From Squalus acanthias (Eukaryota): 64,000 nt of DNA. The notes beneath the pieces are model-generated. The model was given only the letters and a program-made list of their open reading frames with translations. It made no database searches and was not told the origin of the DNA. The stretch covers positions 105,402,001-105,466,000 of the forward strand of contig CM059431.1 in NCBI GenBank assembly GCA_030390025.1. The letters are read 5' to 3'. How positions within the stretch are numbered: position 1 is the stretch's first letter; every line of letters begins with the position of its first letter. Both the position numbers and the translations under genes were made by a program. Shown here piece after piece: positions 63,345-64,000 of this stretch.

Positions 63345-64000
63345 AGGGGGAAAATTATTTAGCGACCATTTTGGGGCGCCAACAGCGCCAGAGGCGCAAA
63401 ATTTAGTGCCCGGTGCAAAATAGCGCCGGCGATCGCGAACTTCAGTTTTAGCGCCCCAAGAGGGAGGTGGAGTTCTAATTCAAGCTCTCCACTTCCTTCT
63501 TAGAACGCTAATCCCGAATATTGGGGCGGTGCGTTCTGCTGCGCTGCGCACTGGGCCACGTAGCACAGCCGCATGGAAGGGCTCTTCCCCTCATTAAAGG
63601 GGAGGGCCCAAGCCCACAACTCTGCGGGGCTCGAGCTGGACCACCGGGGAACGGGTTGCCGTGCCAACAGCCCGGCACTCAAGAGGAATGCGGGGCTGCC
63701 AGATCGCGGAATGGACCCCGCGTTCAAAGACGTAACGGGCCGTGACAAGTAAGTCGGATGATTTTTTTCCCCCCCGCCCGCCACCTCCCCTTTAGTTAGT
63801 GCCCCGCGTGTCTTCTACCGCTCCGTTCCCGCCCCCTGAATCGGTCTCTGTCACCGCCTGGCGCACATTCAGGGGACGCGGGACAATTTTGCAAGCAAAG
63901 CGAAAACGGGGCGCTGCTCACGGTGACGACATCGTCATCGCCTGCGCAGCGGAGCGGGGCGCTACCGGTTACCGCCGCCGCTAAACTCCCGCTGAATTTA
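63345..64000. mobile_element. GC-rich MITE-like element, truncated by window end
   Basis: Starts ggggggaaaatt-like terminus; CpG-rich with tagcgcc repeats; ends gaattta at window edge. Confidence 0.55.

Noticed and set aside
63345..64000. CpG island promoter
   Set aside because: CpG richness coincides with a MITE-like element, as in the other MITEs here

Overview
Eukaryotic, repeat-dense non-coding DNA (large intron or intergenic). The repeat complement points to a cartilaginous fish (shark-like): SacSINE1/DeuSINE-type tRNA SINEs with L2 tails, CR1 and L2 3' fragments, a second CR1-group LINE with a partner SINE, RTE, Penelope-type terminal fragments and PIF/Harbinger-derived elements. The longer ORFs with recognisable products are decayed retroelement or Harbinger fragments; the other ORFs look like antisense or chance frames. 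No host protein-coding gene could be recognised; a few spliceable minus-strand segments are offered only as low-confidence candidate exons. Best-supported special structures: (1) a 1.26-kb TG...CA solo LTR with a 4-bp TSD splitting a CR1; (2) a twin-primed, 5'-inverted RTE with a 10-bp TSD and a nested MITE; (3) minimal hammerhead ribozyme cores in Penelope-type termini, with a compensatory stem-I change between two copies; (4) Harbinger derivatives with Myb/SANT-like and transposase remnants, plus MITEs sharing palindromic TGACAG hairpins and many perfect 5' splice-site motifs. I see no solid evidence of a wholly new biological system. Family names come from my recognition of the sequences, not from database searches, and most repeat boundaries are approximate.
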